Assembly: GCF_004010195.1 (NCBI RefSeq)
Contig: NC_057719.1
Location: 48,868,723 to 48,932,722, forward strand
Source: Chiloscyllium plagiosum
Taxonomy: Eukaryota
DNA length: 64,000 nucleotides
Direction of reading: 5' to 3'
The notes under the pieces were generated by a model. The model ran no database searches and was not told where the DNA came from. It worked only from the letters and a program-made list of their open reading frames with translations. Positions 12,233-25,310 of the stretch are shown one piece after another. Both the position numbers and the translations under genes were made by a program. How positions within the stretch are numbered: position 1 is the first letter of the stretch; each line of letters begins with the position of its first letter.

Positions 12233-15200
12233 AGAACCAATGACATAGGAAAGGAAAAGGATGAAATTCTGAAGGGAGAATATAGAGAATTAGGCAGGAA
12301 TTTAAAAAGGAGATCCTTGAGAGTAGTAATATCTGAATTACTCCCAGTGCTGTGAGCGAGGGAGGGTAGGAATAGGAGGATAGAGCAGATGAATGCATGG
12401 CTGAGGAGCTGGTGTATGGGAGAAGGATTCACATTTTTGGATCATTGGAATCTCTCCTGGGGTAGAAATGATCTGTACAAGAAGGACGAATTGCACCCAA
12501 ATGGAAGGGGACTAATATACTGGCAGGGATATTTGCTTGAGCCGCTCAGGAGGATTTAAACTATTAAGGTGGGTAGTGAGTGGGACCCAGGGAGATAGTA
12601 AGAAAATAGATCAATCTGAGACTGGTACAGGTGAGAAAAGAAGCAAGTCAAACAGAGCAGGCAGGGACAAAGCAGAGAACAAGGTAGGACTGATAACTTA
12701 AACTGCATTTATTTCAATGCAAGAGGCCTAACAGGGAAGGCAGATGAACTCAGGGCATGATTAGGAACATGGGCCTGGGATATCATAGCAACTACTGAAA
12801 TGTGACTCAGGGATGGACAAGACTGGCAGTTTAATATTCCAGGATGCAAATGCTATAGGAAGGATAGAAAGGGAGGCAAGAGAAGGGGGAGTGACATTTT
12901 TGATAAGAGATAGTATCACAGCTTTAGTGAGGGAGGATATACCCGGAAATACATCCAGGGAAGTTATTTGGGCGGAGGGAAATTGAGAAATAAATTTGTA
13001 AGGAGACTTCCGTTATCTGTAAGAATAATAGAGTGGTTATGGTAGGAGATTTTAACTTTCCAAACATCGACTGGGACTGCCATAGTGGCGAAAGTGAGGA
13101 CTGCAGGTGCTGGAGATCAGAGTCAAGTTTAGAGTGGTGCTGGAAAAGCACAGCAGGTCAGGCAACATCCAAGAAGCAGGAAAATTAATGTTTCGGGCAA
13201 AAGCCCTTCATCAGGAATGAGCTCATTTCTGATCAAGGGCTCCTGGACAGCCATAGTGTTAAGGGGTTTAGATGGAGAGGGATAAGTGTGTACAAGACAA
13301 TTTCCTGATTCAGTATGTGGATGTACCTACTAGAGAAGGTGCAAAACCTGACTTACTCTTGGGAAATAAGGCACGGCAGGTGACTGAGGTATCAGTTGGG
13401 AAGCACTTTGGGGCCAGTGACTATAATTCTATTAGTTTTAAAATAGTGATTGAAAAGGATAGACCAGATCTAAAAGTTGAAGTTCTAAATTGGAGAAAAT
13501 CCAATTTTGACAGTATTAGGCAGGAACTTTCAAAACTGGATTGAGGGCAGACGTTCGCAGGTAAAGGGATGGCTGGAAAATGGGAACCTTCAGAAATGAT
13601 ATAACGAGACTCCAGAGACAGTATGTTCCTGCTAGGGTGAAAAGAAAGGCTGATAGGTATAGGGAATGCTAGATGACTAAAGAAATTGAGAGTTTGGTTA
13701 AGAAAAAGAAGGAAGCATATGTCAGGTATAGACAAGATAGATTGAATGAATCCTTAGAAGAGTATAAATGCAGTAGGATTATACTTAAGAGGGAAATCAG
13801 GAGGGCAAGGAGGGGACATGAGATAGCTTCGGTAAATAGTTAAAGAGAATCCAAAGGGTTTTTACAAATACATTAAGGAGAAAAGGGTAACCAGAGAGAG
13901 AAAAGGGCCCCATCAAAGATCAGCAAGGCAGCCTTTGCGTGGAGCCACAAGAGATGGGGGAGATACTGAACGAGTATCAGTGTGGAAAAGGACATAGAAG
14001 ATATAGAATGCAGGGAAATAGATGGTGACATCTTGAAAAATGTCCATATTACAGAGGAGGAAGTGCTGGATGTCTTGAAATGCATAAAGGTGGGTAAATC
14101 CCCAGGAACTGATCAGGTATACCCTAGAACTCTGTGGGAAGCTGGGGAAGTGATTGCTGGGCCTATTGCTGAGATATTTGTATCATCGATAGTCACAGGT
14201 GAGGTGTCAGAAGACTGGAGGTTGGCTAATGTAGTGCCACTATTAGGGAAAGTGGTAAGGACAAGCCAGGGAACTACAAACCAGTGAGCCTGACGTCAGT
14301 GGTGGGCAAGTTGTTGGAGGGAATCCTGAGGAATAGGATGTACATGTATTTGGAAAGGCAAGGACTGATTAGGGATAGTCAACATGGTTTTGTGTGTGGG
14401 AAATCATGTTTTACAAACTTGATTGAGTTTTTTGAAGAAGTAACAAAGAGGATTAATGAGGGCAGAGTGGTGGACGTGATCTATATGGACTTCAGTACAG
14501 CGTTTGACAAGGGAGACTGATTAGCAAGTTTAGATCTGATGGAATACAGGGAGAACTAGGCATTTGGATACAGAACTGGCTCAAAGGTAGAAGACAGAGG
14601 GTGGTGGTGGAGGGGTTGGTTTTCAGACTGGAGGCTTGTGACCAGTGGAGTGCCACAAGGATCGGTGTTGGGTCTGCTACTTTTCATCATTTATATAAAT
14701 GATTTGAATGTGAGCATAAGAGATATAGTTAGTAAGTTTGCAGATGACACCAAAATTGGAGGTGTAGTGGACAGCGAAGAAGGTTACCTCAGATTACAAC
14801 AGGATCTTGAGCAGATGAGCCAGTGGGCTGGGAGTGGCAAATGGAGTTTAATGCGAGGTGCTGCATTTTGAGAAAGCAAATCTTAGCAGGACTTATACAC
14901 TTAATGGTAAGGTCCTAGGGAGTGTTGCTGAACAAAGAGAACTTGGAGTGCAGGTTCATAGCTCCGAGAAAGTAGAGTCGCAGGTAGATAGGATAGTGAA
15001 GAAGGCATTTGGTATGATTTCCTTTATTGGTCAGAGTATTGAGTACAGGAGTTGGGAGGTCATTCTGTACAGGACATTGGTTAGGCCACTTTGGAATATT
15101 GCGTGCAATTCTGGTCTCCTTCCTATTGGAAAGATGTTGTGAAACTTGAAAGGGTTCAGAAAACATTTACAAGGATACTGCCACGATTGGAAGATTTGAG

Positions 15201-15634
15201 CTATAGGGAGAGGTTGAATAGGCTGGGGCTGTTTTCCCTGGATCATTAGAGGCTGAGGGGTGACCTTATAGAGGTTTATAAAATCCAAGGGGCATGAATT
15301 GGATAAATAGATAAAGTCTTTTCCCTGGGGTGGGGGAATCCAGAACTAAAGGGCATAGGTTTAGGGTGAGAGCAGGAAGGTATAAAAGGGACCTAAGGGG
15401 CAACTTTTTCACTGAGGGTGGTACATGTATGGAATGAGCTGCCAGAGGAAGTGATGGAGGCTAGTATAATTGCAACATTTAAAAGCCATCTGGATGAGCA
15501 TATGAATAGGAAGGGCTTGCAGGGATATGGGCCAGGTGCTGGCAGGTGGGACTAGATTGGGTTGGCATATCTGGTTGGCATGGACGAGTTGGACCGAAGG
15601 GTCTGTTTCCGTGCTATACATCTCTATCACTCTA
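12233..15634 (+). mobile_element. CR1-clade LINE, long decayed copy (ORF1 esterase end, ORF2 APE and RT, 3' tail)
   Basis: TNDIG...VVISELLPV (SGNH esterase); CIYFNARGL and GDFNFP (APE); SGVPQGSVLG and KFADDTK (RT); many stops and frameshifts. Confidence 0.95.
13088..13242 (-). mobile_element. Family A pLTR with short fold-back, nested in CR1 ORF2
   Basis: Near-palindrome agcccttcatcaggaatgag|ctcatttctgatcaagggct at 13202-13241; flanks ctgggactgccatagtg (13071-13087) and ctggacagccatagtg (13243-13258). Confidence 0.8.
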
Positions 15635-16540
15635 AATTCCTGGTGTCAGCCATTAGTACCTTCATCAAAATCATATGTGAAACAATAGCAACAACTTGGC
15701 TTGTTGCCAACACTTGGGAAACTGGAATGAAGGTTGGAGGTGTCCACCAATGATATATTTACCATCCTGGCATCAAAACATAGCAGCCTGGATCCTACCT
15801 CCTACCTTCCTTTCTCATCTATACAACATTCAAATAAAGATAAAGGATTCTGGGTCTCTCTTGCACTTTTTGATCAAATCTCTGCATTGTTGGAAGTCGA
15901 ATCTGTGCTGGGTTCCCAAACATGCTGTACTCCGTGATTCTAAAATTCTAATTGCTGTAATTAGGCACAATGTAGTGGACACAGAGACAATCACAGCTTC
16001 TGTGCCTAGATCCACTGGGGATATCTGGGCAAGATCAGTAAAAAAAGAGCTCCTCAGTAATGTGATCAGTCAGCAGTCACAGCTCACACAAATAATATTT
16101 AAACATTGCCATGTCATCAAAATAGTGAACACTAGGTCTCTGACAAGGTGGACAATGGGATGCCTCTGCACAGACGTTTATGTCATAAACTGATTCAGGT
16201 GTATGCTGCACAAATCATTTGGCACACCTATAGTAGGAGGAGATTATAAATATGATATGAAGAATGAGAACTTTTCCAGCCACCCTGCCTCTCTCATATT
16301 CCCCAAGAAAGCAGCAATACCTTTGGGATAATAGTGTGCAAATTCTGTCGTGCAGAGTGATTTTGAGGTGAGCAGCTCCTGGATCCTCTGTGAACTATAA
16401 TGTGAAAAGTGTTTATAAATTGTGAAACTTAGGTGAAACTTCACAGCTTGCCTGACATTACTTCTGAATTACAGCCATCACTAGGATTAATTTTTATGTT
16501 CAATGAAATGATCAAGATTGCTTGTGGCCAGGACATTTAG

Positions 16541-16658
16541 GAGTAATTGAGGACTACAGATGCTGGAGATCTGATGAAGGGCTCATGCTCAAAACATTGA
16601 TTTGCCTGCTCCTCAGATGCTGCCTGACCTGCTGTGCTTTTCCAGCACCACACTCTCA
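16541..16658. mobile_element. Family A pLTR mini-insertion (two opposed pieces) with 14-bp TSD
   Basis: Antisense end gaggactacagatgctggagat joined to sense ctgatgaagggctcatgctcaaaac; TSD gccaggac(a/t)tttag at 16527-16540 and 16659-16672. Confidence 0.75.
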
Positions 16659-16932
16659 GCCAGGACTTTTAGTCAACATTGTTGGTCAATGCATGAGATT
16701 CACATCTAGATTACAGGTTAACAACATCTGCAATGTGTGAGTGTCTAGTGAATGCAATGTCTTGAAGATCCTCCCCCAAACCTTCATTCCTTTTTCGACT
16801 TACTCTCCGTGACAACCTCATTTCCTCATTTGGTTTGATCTTCCCCATGTTCCCATTCAACCCTTTCAATTAACTGCTCATCTCCCAGTTTCACCCCCTG
16901 AGAACCTGGCATGCAACTTAATTATGCAAAAA

Positions 16933-17152
16933 TGAAAACAGAAATTGCTGGCAAAATTCAGCAGGTCTGACATCATCTGTGAGAAGAAAGCAGAGTCAAT
17001 ATTTTCAATCCAGATCAGTTCTGATGAAGAGTCACTGGACTCAGAATGTTAACTCTGCTTTCTTCTCATAGATCCTGTTAGACCTGCTGAGTTTTGCCAG
17101 CAATTGCTGTTTTTGTCTGAGATCTCCAGCATCTGCAGTTATTTGTTTTATT
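16933..17152. mobile_element. Fold-back PLE mini-insertion, family B, with 15-bp TSD
   Basis: Inverted arms ~16937-17005 and ~17045-17115 around ctgatgaagagtcactggactc; TSD tta(a/g)ttatgcaaaaa at 16918-16932 and 17153-17167. Confidence 0.8.
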
Positions 17153-18057
17153 TTAGTTATGCAAAAACTTGTTACCCAATTTTCTGTCCATGATGGTGAC
17201 CATTGATGATCATTCCTTGTCTGATCATTGTTCACAAACATGACAGGTTGTATGGCTTCACATCTGTGCTATAAGGCAAGGCAAGACAGAAATATTGTGA
17301 ACCTTGAAGTTTTTGATTTCAGCATGGTTGTTCTAAGAAGCAAACTGAAGTAGAGATGTTTTAAGCACCCAACTAGGTGCTAAGGGAACAAGCTAAAAGC
17401 CCTGAGATGCACTCGGTTCCAATGCATGAGATGGGCATCTGCACCTGGCAGCAGCATTGGAATGAGCTTGAAACTGTTGTGTTGAAGTGGCAAACTGTAC
17501 TGTAAGTGAGTCTGAGATATGCAATGATGATGTAGGGAGACTGAAGCTTGTCCAATGCCAACCTCAGTGGGTGAAGGATGCAAGCAATCACTGCCCATGG
17601 ACCATGCCCTGAGTTAAGGCAATGTTATCCAAGGTGGATCCCAGAGAAGACATGATGAGCTGTCTAGTTTTAATCCATTGCCTGGGCAAATAGCAAGCTG
17701 CATATTAATGAAGCATAATTAGGTAATAAATATATCTTAATTAATGCAAGTAAGCCCTTTGCTGCTCACTCGTGAGATTTTTCCAGAGCGTTAAAACCTC
17801 ATGCACAAAATTGCACTTTTTCTTCTCAATGTTGAAAACTTCATTTTGTCCAATCTTACTGTATTTTCCCAAATGACTTACCTTTGCCCGCGTTGTTGAG
17901 GACCTGGGAAAATTCCTTCCACCCTTTTGTTTGTTGTCGACTATATCATTATCTGAATCTACAATAGACTAGTATGGTTAATTTGCAGTGTTTAGACTAA
18001 ATCATGTGTTTCTATTAGTTTGTGAATACAATATAGATTTTAATGACATATATTGTC

Positions 18058-18061
<4 letters not shown>

Positions 18062-18089
<28 letters not shown>
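18062..18089. repeat. (TA)n microsatellite
   Basis: Uninterrupted TA run. Confidence 0.95.
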
Positions 18090-18094
<5 letters not shown>

Positions 18095-18589
18095 GAATGA
18101 GTTCCAAAAGCAAGTTAATGCCAAATTGACCCAAAATGTGTTAGTTTCAAGTTTTACCGATTTCCAGGTTTTTGCCTAATGGAAACTATTTTGAATTTAG
18201 ATACTTTGATAAATATCAATATGCTTATGCAGAAGAATCACTTTTTTGTGTACATATGATCGTACATTGTTCAGAATGACCTGTTATAATTGCTCTGCAA
18301 CAACTTGTGAGGAGAGTTTGATTCCCATCTGTAATTGGAACTAATGTCCTGAAGATGCTTTCATAACATTTATTTAATATATATTGTCACTTGTATCTAG
18401 GCACAGTGAAAAGTAGAGAATGCTGCCATGTTCTGGTGCCATCTTGGATTACAGAATAAAATGCTGAATAAATTAATATTAAATTGTTATTACTAAAACT
18501 GAAACCTCTTCAAAAGTTCATCTTTCCCTGTCCATAGATAACTATTTCTCTGCTCCTCCAGTCGCCACTATTCGACATCATCCACAGGG

Positions 18590-19498
18590 TCATAGAGTCA
18601 TTGAGCCATGGAGATGTACAGCATGGAAACACACCCTTCAGTCCAACTCATCCATGCCAACTGGATATTTTGAATCAATCTAGTCCCATTTACCAGCACT
18701 TGGCCCATATCCATTTACACCCTTCCTATTCATATGCCCATCCAGATGCCTTTTAAATGTTGTAATTGTACCAGCTTCCACCACTTCCTCTGGCAGCTAA
18801 TTCCATACACGCATGACCCTTTGCATGAAAAAGTTGCCCCTTAGATCCCTTTTATATCATTCCCCTCGCACCTTAAACCTATGCCCTCTAGTTCTGGACT
18901 CCCTGACTCCAGGGAAAAAACCTTGTCTATTTACCCTGTCTATACCCCTCATGATTTTGTAAACCTGTACAAGGTCACCCCTCAGCCTCCGACTCTCCAG
19001 GGAAAACAGCCCCAGCCTGTTCAGCCTCCCCCTATAGCTGAAATACTCCAAGATTAGATTAGATTAGATTGCTTACAGTGTGGAAACAGGCCCTTCGGCC
19101 CAACAAGTCCACACTGACCCGCCGAAGCGCAACCCACCCATACCCCTACATTTACCCCTTACCTAACACTACGGGCAATTTAGCATGGCCAATTCACCTG
19201 ACCTGCACATCTTTGGACTGTGGGAGAAACCAGGGCACCCGGAGGAAACCCACGCAGACACGGGGAGAATGTGCAAACTCCACACAGTCAGTCGCCTGAG
19301 TCGGGGCGACTGACTGTAAGTAATTGAACCCAGGTCTCTGGCGCTGTGAGGCAGCAGTGCTAACCACTGTGCCACCGTGCCGCCCACCGTGCCGTCCAAC
19401 CCTGGCAACATCCTTGTAAATCTTTTCTGAACCCTTTCAAGTTTCACAACATGCCCAACCAATGTCCTATACAGTTGGAACATGACCTCCCAACTCCT
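18590..19498 (-). mobile_element. CR1 LINE 3' fragment interrupted by a SINE
   Basis: ORF 18857-19051 YRGRLNRLGLFSLE..RLRGDL..VYKIMRG; tail at ~18590; resumes at 19395. Confidence 0.9.
19052..19394 (-). mobile_element. HE1/V-SINE-type tRNA-derived SINE, apparently young full-length copy
   Basis: A-box tggcacagtgg, B-box-like ggttcaatt, central domain, CR1-like 3' end, (AATCT)n tail; CpGs retained; TSD tccaa. Confidence 0.9.
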
Positions 19499-20926
19499 CT
19501 GGCGGTATATTCCTTTTCTGACACCATGAGCACCATTGCTTCTGTGCCTGGCACCTCTAAGCTGGAGCTGGTCATGCTGCAGGGACCCCACACCTCCTCC
19601 AATGTTGGACGTCGACTGACGACTCCTGGCTCGGTGTTGACTAATGGGGCCCTGGCTCATCTTCCAATGTTGTCACCTGAGATGGAGAGGGAATGGAAAT
19701 ATATGGGACCCCAGCCTCCTGCAGGAGGACATCAAGAGCAGACCCCCAGGACAACCAAAACAAAAATCACTGAGCTGGAAAGACAACAATGAAGCCATGT
19801 GAGTGGCAGAATCTGCATTATGAGCCATGAGCTGGCAAGCCCTGCACTCAAGAGACAAATACTGCTGATTCTGCTATCCTCATCTTATAAAACTAATAAA
19901 TAGAACCTGACTGCGGTAGTGGGAGATTGTAATATTCCTGATTAAGCATACATTTTATTCTCTGTTGAGGATTAGAGACGATATACTAATCTTTCGTGCT
20001 ACAAAAATACAACAAAAACATGGTCTTTGTATGATATTTAAGTCTTTTGTGATAATGGTGAACCCATTTATTCATGAATAGTTAGAATGGGCTTTGTAAA
20101 GATTAGCTATGGTTCAATACCATACGCAGTTTTGTCACAAAGTTTTGGGTGCAAATCTAACATGAGAGATTTGAAGATAAACACTATTCTGCTCCACCAG
20201 TATAACACCTGGACCACCTATTTTGAAGTTGAAACTAAATTTATTGACTTTCTGGTCTGTTGTAAACTCATAAATATAAACATTCCATCCTTAACATTAC
20301 TGTTGTTCTCCTTGGCACTTGACTGCAGTACTGTGCTTTCTTGAAATTGATGCATTATATTACTATATCACTGTTCCAAATGACTGATTTTAAAAAAAGT
20401 ATAATCACAGAACTGTGCCTCATCGATCTCCCACCAGTCTAAAATACAATTCCTAAAGCATAAAATATACTATACACCTTTTATCACAACTATAAGTTAC
20501 AATTTAGATGACTGATACAAATTCACAGATATGCTGGCAGTTTCCTTAACACATCTAGCACCACATTCCGTTGAAAAGTCCTTCAAAACTCTGAGTTCCT
20601 TAGGTAGAGTTCAAATGCCTGTCACCATGCAGGTTTTACCTACTTTTTCTCCTCCAGCAGCCAGTCCTAACCAACTCTGGTTAGAATGGCCAGCTCTGGT
20701 GAATTGGACCCTTCAAAAACAACAGAAGCAGCAGCAATAACTCTATCTTTCCTAGCCAGTTCAACCTTTGGGTTTTCTTCTTTAAACTGATTGACACACA
20801 GTTCTCCATATCTTGCCTGTTCAAAACTCCAACACTCAAAGCATTTTTTATGGCTCTGCCTTTTGTCTGCTTTCATTTCCATGGCAACCTAAAGTCACGA
20901 TTCATTTCTAGAAACTTGAAGCTTTA

Positions 20927-22580
20927 GGGCTGCATTTTCCCATTTTTGTCAGTTTTTCTCTGAGTGCTTTTCATGGCACCCAGTCCTCTGTGGCTCATTC
21001 CAGCTTTTCTCACACAATCTTCTGATCATCGGTTCACTAATTATGGAACTGGCCTTTTCTGATGCCTATGTGATGAAATTGTGCAGCAAGAGAGATGGAA
21101 GCGCTCACTGCTGCCAGGACTTTATGACGTTCACACTGTTGGCCCCATATTTAAAGCCGAGCTGCACACCACTTCAAATGTTGTGAGCTCAGACGTGCCC
21201 TTTACACTGTGGTGCTCCTTCATTATCCCTAAGGAAATGGCCCAGAAAGGCATGTTCGCTCCTCCGTTCACTGACAGGGACCTGGAGGTGCTGGTGGATG
21301 GAGTGCTGTACTCTGAGGCTACGCCACTAGTCTCAGCCACACTGGATTGAGATAGTTTCCCAGATCAGTGGGGGGCCCTGGGTGGACTACAATGCACAAG
21401 AATACAGAAAGAAGTTTAATGATCTTCAGTGCTCTAAAAATATAAGTGCCACCATCTTCTCTTCACTACCTCACATTCACAGGCCTATCACTCATTTCAG
21501 CATGATTACTGCACATATCTCTCATCAACTCTCATTACTATCTCAAATTATTGCATGCATCATGCTCACTCAACAACTCTCAAACACTTAATCCTTGCAA
21601 ACAACTGATTCTCCTCTGTGCTTCCTACTCACTCCTCGGGGAGATCACACCACCTCTCCTGGTGTTACATCACTACGAACTGCTCTCTCATTCACTTGCA
21701 TCATACTCAATCCCTCCGTCTGCATCATTGCAGGAAAACTTGACTCAACACCCCAGACTGACGCCTCTACAGCACCCTTACCTATTTGCATCTGACCTGC
21801 AGGACTGACTGTGGCCAACTAGCAGGACTGTGATTGGAAGAGCTCCTTGACTGACTGTGATGGTACTTCCCTATTAATCATATACCACTATCAACTCACC
21901 AGGGACTGGCCCCCAAGGACTTTCACACAGTTGTTTGATTGAAGCACATGAGAGTTTGCTGTGTAAGCTGTTGGCACATGCTTTGCAGCAATGTGTCCAC
22001 TACCTTGACTATTCAGTCCTCTGAACCATTATAAGCCTCGACTTCTTCCCAAATACTAAAAGGTGAGCCATACAGGCTGGCAGCCCCAGTAAGCCCAAAC
22101 TGAGTGAGTGCTTAGGAAGTAAACTAAAAGCTATCAGATGCATCCTGTGTAGATACGTGAGATGCGTGTGTCTCTCTAACAGAAACATGCAAATTACATG
22201 TGTCCTTGAGCTCCAAGTGAAATGCTGAAGGATGGAAGTGGTTAGTGAGTTGGTGTGAATGCTGGCATGGTGATGTGGTGAGGCTGGTGGTTTGGCAGTG
22301 CCCATTTACAAGGACAAAGGGTGGTAGAGGACAGTGCCCCTCAAGCTGCTGCCACCATGTTATTGCTCTCTCATGTTAAAGACTGGAAACTGTGTAGAAA
22401 TGTGATGAACTTAGCTCATAATGAAATGCAAATGCATGGGAATAAAGTAGCTGCCACTCATTATAGCAAGATTCTGGATTCACCTTGAGGGGATGCCAAG
22501 AATCGATTTTGCTATTTTTGTAGTATTTGACCAAATTTCTCATGATTACACGCACTGCTCAAGCAACAGAAAATTCCATT
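20927..22580 (+). mobile_element. PIF/Harbinger-type element relic with Myb/SANT ORF (copy 2; ORF at 21237-21429)
   Basis: MAQKGMFAPPFTDRDLEVLVDGVL / WIEIVSQISGGPWVDYNAQEYRKKFNDL fits the NAIF1/MSANTD-type pattern; possible left end tta|gggctgcattttcc; outer limits uncertain. Confidence 0.55.
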
Positions 22581-23608
22581 CTTAGTTTCAGTTCGGGACT
22601 TTCTGGAAGAGCAACAAGTTCAAGATGTCTGTACAAGCAACAGCTCATGTGTGTTTCCCCACTGCCCCATGATTTAATCACATTTAGAAACGCTGGGATG
22701 AATGTTACATGCTCCTGTATGACATGTTCTTGATGGACGCCCATGCAAAATAGGTCTGTTTCTTAGAAGAATCACCTGCTCAGACATCCCCAGCTCATCC
22801 ATATGTGAATAAATTAATAAAGGTCATACCATAATACAGATGGTGCAGGCAGGTGGGTGGGAATGGGTCACCTGTTTAAGGTTTTAAAGACCAAGAAGAA
22901 AGAGGAGCACTGTCTTCAGGTCCTGACATTCAGGCATCAAGCACACCGCCTGAAAGATAGTCAAACCCCTTCATTTCTACCTGTTTGCTGTCGAAAACTC
23001 ACACTTCCCAATCCTATTGCAGCCGTTCCGAAGTACTTAAACCTTTTGTGTCCACTACCCCAATGTACTCACTCTGTGGTCCGCTGGGACATCTTGTAAC
23101 ATTGGTTGTAGTCCTGGTAGTGTCTCCAAAGAGCTCTTTGCACCACTCAGGCTACTGGAGCTGCCAGTCAATCATATTCTGGGTTCTGAGGGTGTGTTTC
23201 CCCTTCCTCGGAGGGGCAGATGTCTCACTCCCTGCCACGTCAGACCATCACAGTCCTACTGGGCAGATTACTTCTTGGTCAATCATTTGCCAACCATCTA
23301 TCTTTCCTGGGGACACAAGACATCAATTTCCCACCCAAACCTCACTGCCATAAACTATTGAAGTTCACCTGTTCTTTCTTTAAGTTTTGGATACCAGTTG
23401 AGTGCCTCAGGTTTTGGTTTAGGGCTAACAATTTGTTTGCTTTCACACAGACACCAAGCTCATCACAAAATATCATGAATTTTCATAGTGTGTTCATAAG
23501 ATGGAGAAAACCTCAAGCAGTCAAATGTCAGTTTTAACACATTCAGTGTCACTTTACAGCTTCAAAAACAAAACGCTTGAGAAAGGAGTGAGAAAATAGA
23601 GCCATTAC

Positions 23609-23658
23609 CTTCAAAGATAAGTGTGAGCATTCCTGCCTCTGTTAGCAATCCACTAAGC
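23609..23658 (-). other. Candidate 50-nt exon
   Basis: T-tract...aaacag|G acceptor (ambiguous, an earlier AG exists) and AAG|gtaatg donor. Confidence 0.2.
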
Positions 23659-24583
23659 CTGTTTATTGCTTGCATGAAAAAAAAGTTCTCTTTTAAGCAA
23701 AACCAAATTAAAAAGGTACCATGCTGCCACAAAAGTAACATTACATTTTTTGGTTGTGTCTCTGTTTATACTTAGCAATGATAATAGATTTTGCTACCTC
23801 ACCACGACTCTACCAAGCGAGGCAAGTTCTAATCAATTGCCTCCAGGCTTCCTGACCTTTGATATATGGCCCAAAAGGGCAGGCATGGCTTTATATGATG
23901 CCTGATGTGGAATTATCTTGGGATAATATGTGTGTAGATGTGATATACTGTAGGTGAAGCAACCATAATGCAGAATGCACGATAAAGATGCACGAAGAAA
24001 CAGGTCACAGACTTGCTGAATAACACTGACATCACTAATACATGGTATTTAATATAGCTCAGGACAGTGAGAGCATACACTGTGTCACTACCGAATTAAC
24101 CTTCTTTACGCAAAGCGCTGACACTTGCTCCATTGAGAAACCAACTTTAAACATACAAATTAATGGAATAGCCAAGCAAGAGTTATGTGCAGTACATATC
24201 AGAGAAATTGAAAAGGGAGTAGAGAAAAACATAAGGTTATAAATTTGAACATTCAGATTATATGGTGTTAACAAGACAACAAATCATGAGAAGCTGTTAG
24301 GAATGTTAGCATAGAATTTCTTCATTCTTTATTTGTAACTGTTGCATAAAGGCTCCAGTTTGTAACACAGTTAGCTGTAATAAATCTGGGAGCAACAACA
24401 TTCTGGAAAATATCCAAAACAATCAATTCTGACATTTAATTCGCAATGGCTTGTACAATTAAGGGGCATAAAGATTATTGTTCTAGGCATTGCTTTAACA
24501 TCTTTGTAGATAACCTTCTCTGCATTACTGTCTTAGGACCAACATAAGCATAGCAAAGCAGTGAAATTGCTTTGCAACACTAA

Positions 24584-24942
24584 GTGGCACAGTGACTCAG
24601 TGGTTAGCACTGCTGCCACATAGAGCCAGGAACCCGGGTTTGATCCCAGCCTTGTGCAACTGTCTATGTGGAGTTTGCACATTCTCCCTGTGCACACATG
24701 TTTGCACATTCTCACAGGGAGAATGTGTCTGTGTGGTTTTCCTCTGGGTGCTCTGGTTTCCTCCCACAGTCCAAAGATGTGCAGGTTAGGTGAATTAGCC
24801 ATGCTAAATTGCCCATTCAGGGATGTGTAGGTTAGGTGCATTAGTCAGGGGAAATGTAAAGTAGTAGGGTATGGGAATGGGTCTGGGTGGGATACTCTTC
24901 AGAGAGTTGGTGTGTACTTCCCACATGTTAGGGATTCCATGA
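24584..24942 (+). mobile_element. HE1/V-SINE-type SINE
   Basis: Matches 19052-19394 in opposite orientation; internal duplication of tttgcacattctc. Confidence 0.85.
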
Positions 24943-25039
24943 AATTGATGTACACCAGGAGTAAAGGTAATGGATTGCAGGATGTGAAGTGGCATAAAAG
25001 CAACACAATTGTCAGATTAGATTTTGGGTGTTAATCTCT

Positions 25040-25310
25040 AAGTGCAGAAAGAGGCCATCAAGTCCACACTACACCAATCCTCTAAAGAGCATTCCACCCA
25101 GACCCCTACCTTTACCATGGCTAGACCACTTAGCTTGTACAGACAATTTATCATTGCCAGTCCACTTAACCTGCACATCTTTAGACTGTGGGAAGAAACT
25201 GCAGCACCTGAAGGAGAGGCACAGGGAGAACATGCAAACTCCACACAGTCAGTTACCCAAAGCTGGGATTGAACCCAGGTCCCTAGCATTGTGAGGCAGC
25301 AGTGCTACCC
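25040..25310 (-). mobile_element. HE1/V-SINE-type SINE
   Basis: Antisense ...tgcaaactccacacagtcag...gggattgaacccaggtcc...gaggcagcagtgcta. Confidence 0.85.

Noticed and set aside
15830..15960. Possible HARBI1-like transposase relic (KGF..., ICAGFP, VLRDS); similar hint at ~17400-17480
   Set aside because: Too few matching residues, spread over different frames
19330..19394. tRNA gene-like sequence (also 24590 and 62845)
   Set aside because: tRNA-derived SINE heads continuous with SINE bodies
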